DNA of 64,000 nucleotides from Candidatus Uhrbacteria bacterium (GTDB lineage Bacteria > Patescibacteriota > Patescibacteriia > UBA9934). The stretch lies in NCBI GenBank assembly GCA_003518105.1, contig DOZH01000008.1, positions 122,128 to 186,127 of the forward strand. Direction: 5' to 3'. A program made the translations under genes and the position numbers. The notes under the pieces were generated by a model, which was given only the letters and a program-made list of their open reading frames with translations, made no database searches and had not been told where the DNA came from. Below, one piece after another: positions 63,768 to 64,000 of this stretch. Each line of letters starts with the position of its first letter. Positions within the stretch are counted from its first letter, which is position 1.

Positions 63768-64000
63768 CTACAGGCCAGTGGGTGGAATGGGGACAACTGG
63801 CTGCACCTGTTTTGGCACGCCGACGCCGGAACGGAGGGCAATTTCGCGTTCAACAATCTTCTTATCACGGCCGTACAGTAAGCGAGAAATTTCGCGCAAG
63901 GCTTGGCCGACTTTTGGCTTACCCTCTTGCTTGTTGTCGACGCGGAGAGTGAACGGCTTGCCTTGGGCGTTGTCGATGATGATTTTACAGTTCCAGGTTA
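63768..64000 (-). CDS. 3' end of an unidentified gene; C-terminal 77 codons in the window
   Basis: The open frame runs to a TAG at 63768-63770 (…GQALREISRLLYGRDKKIVEREIALRSGVGVPKQVQPVVPIPPTGL). No family was recognised. Confidence 0.35.
   Translation of the reverse strand, partial: TWNCKIIIDNAQGKPFTLRVDNKQEGKPKVGQALREISRLLYGRDKKIVEREIALRSGVGVPKQVQPVVPIPPTGL

Noticed and set aside
1-64000. CRISPR arrays, rRNA genes, integrase, transposase or IS elements
   Set aside because: No regularly spaced direct repeats were seen. No rRNA-like conserved stretches were seen. No ORF had recombinase or DDE-transposase motifs.

Overview
The window is a 64-kb stretch of a compact bacterial chromosome that uses the standard code. 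Several ATGA start/stop overlaps (for example 317-320 and 28155-28158) show TGA acting as a stop. The reduced core genes (RpoA with no C-terminal domain, a 592-aa AlaS, a PriA-like protein with degenerate helicase motifs, a PduL-type phosphotransacylase) suggest a small-genome lineage such as Patescibacteria/CPR, but that is a guess. Core content, in order: clpB with a CIRCE-like operator, ppa, priA-like, def-fmt, an ABC exporter, the ribosomal cluster infA-rpmJ-rpsM-rpsK-rpsD-rpoA-rplQ plus rplM-rpsI, alaS, murJ, tRNA-Arg(CCG), TrmH and RlmD-like methyltransferases, era, an MBL/beta-CASP RNase, dus, a RimK-like ligase, tRNA-Gln(CTG), ribH with a stand-alone riboflavin kinase, and dnaX. Accessory content: (1) a roughly 13-kb, mostly AT-rich, all-minus-strand defence island (12.9-25.7 kb). 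It holds an HTH/Panacea-like antitoxin with a RelE-like toxin, a truncated RhuM fragment, a DUF3800 gene, several orphan genes, a Type III R-M system in res-then-mod order, a tight MazG-like / PD-(D/E)XK-like / Cys-rich three-gene module, and a full-length RhuM next to DinD. A second DinD paralog sits at 48.3 kb. (2) A surface-polysaccharide locus (Wzx, GT4, two GT2s, an O-antigen-ligase-like gene) whose first GT2 carries a perfect 16-bp tandem duplication. (3) A strikingly GC-rich orphan secreted-protein gene (44.2-44.8 kb). (4) An AT-rich AsnB-like gene with a long C-terminal extension, bracketed by 56-nt direct repeats that are protein-coding in both copies, followed by a block with different codon usage (TrpR/YerC-like, VanX-like, HAD, nucleoside hydrolase) that ends at tRNA-Gln. 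(5) A GC-rich leader upstream of ribH with a 51-codon ORF preceded by a GGAGA Shine-Dalgarno-like motif and a terminator hairpin. No CRISPR array, integrase, transposase or rRNA was recognised.
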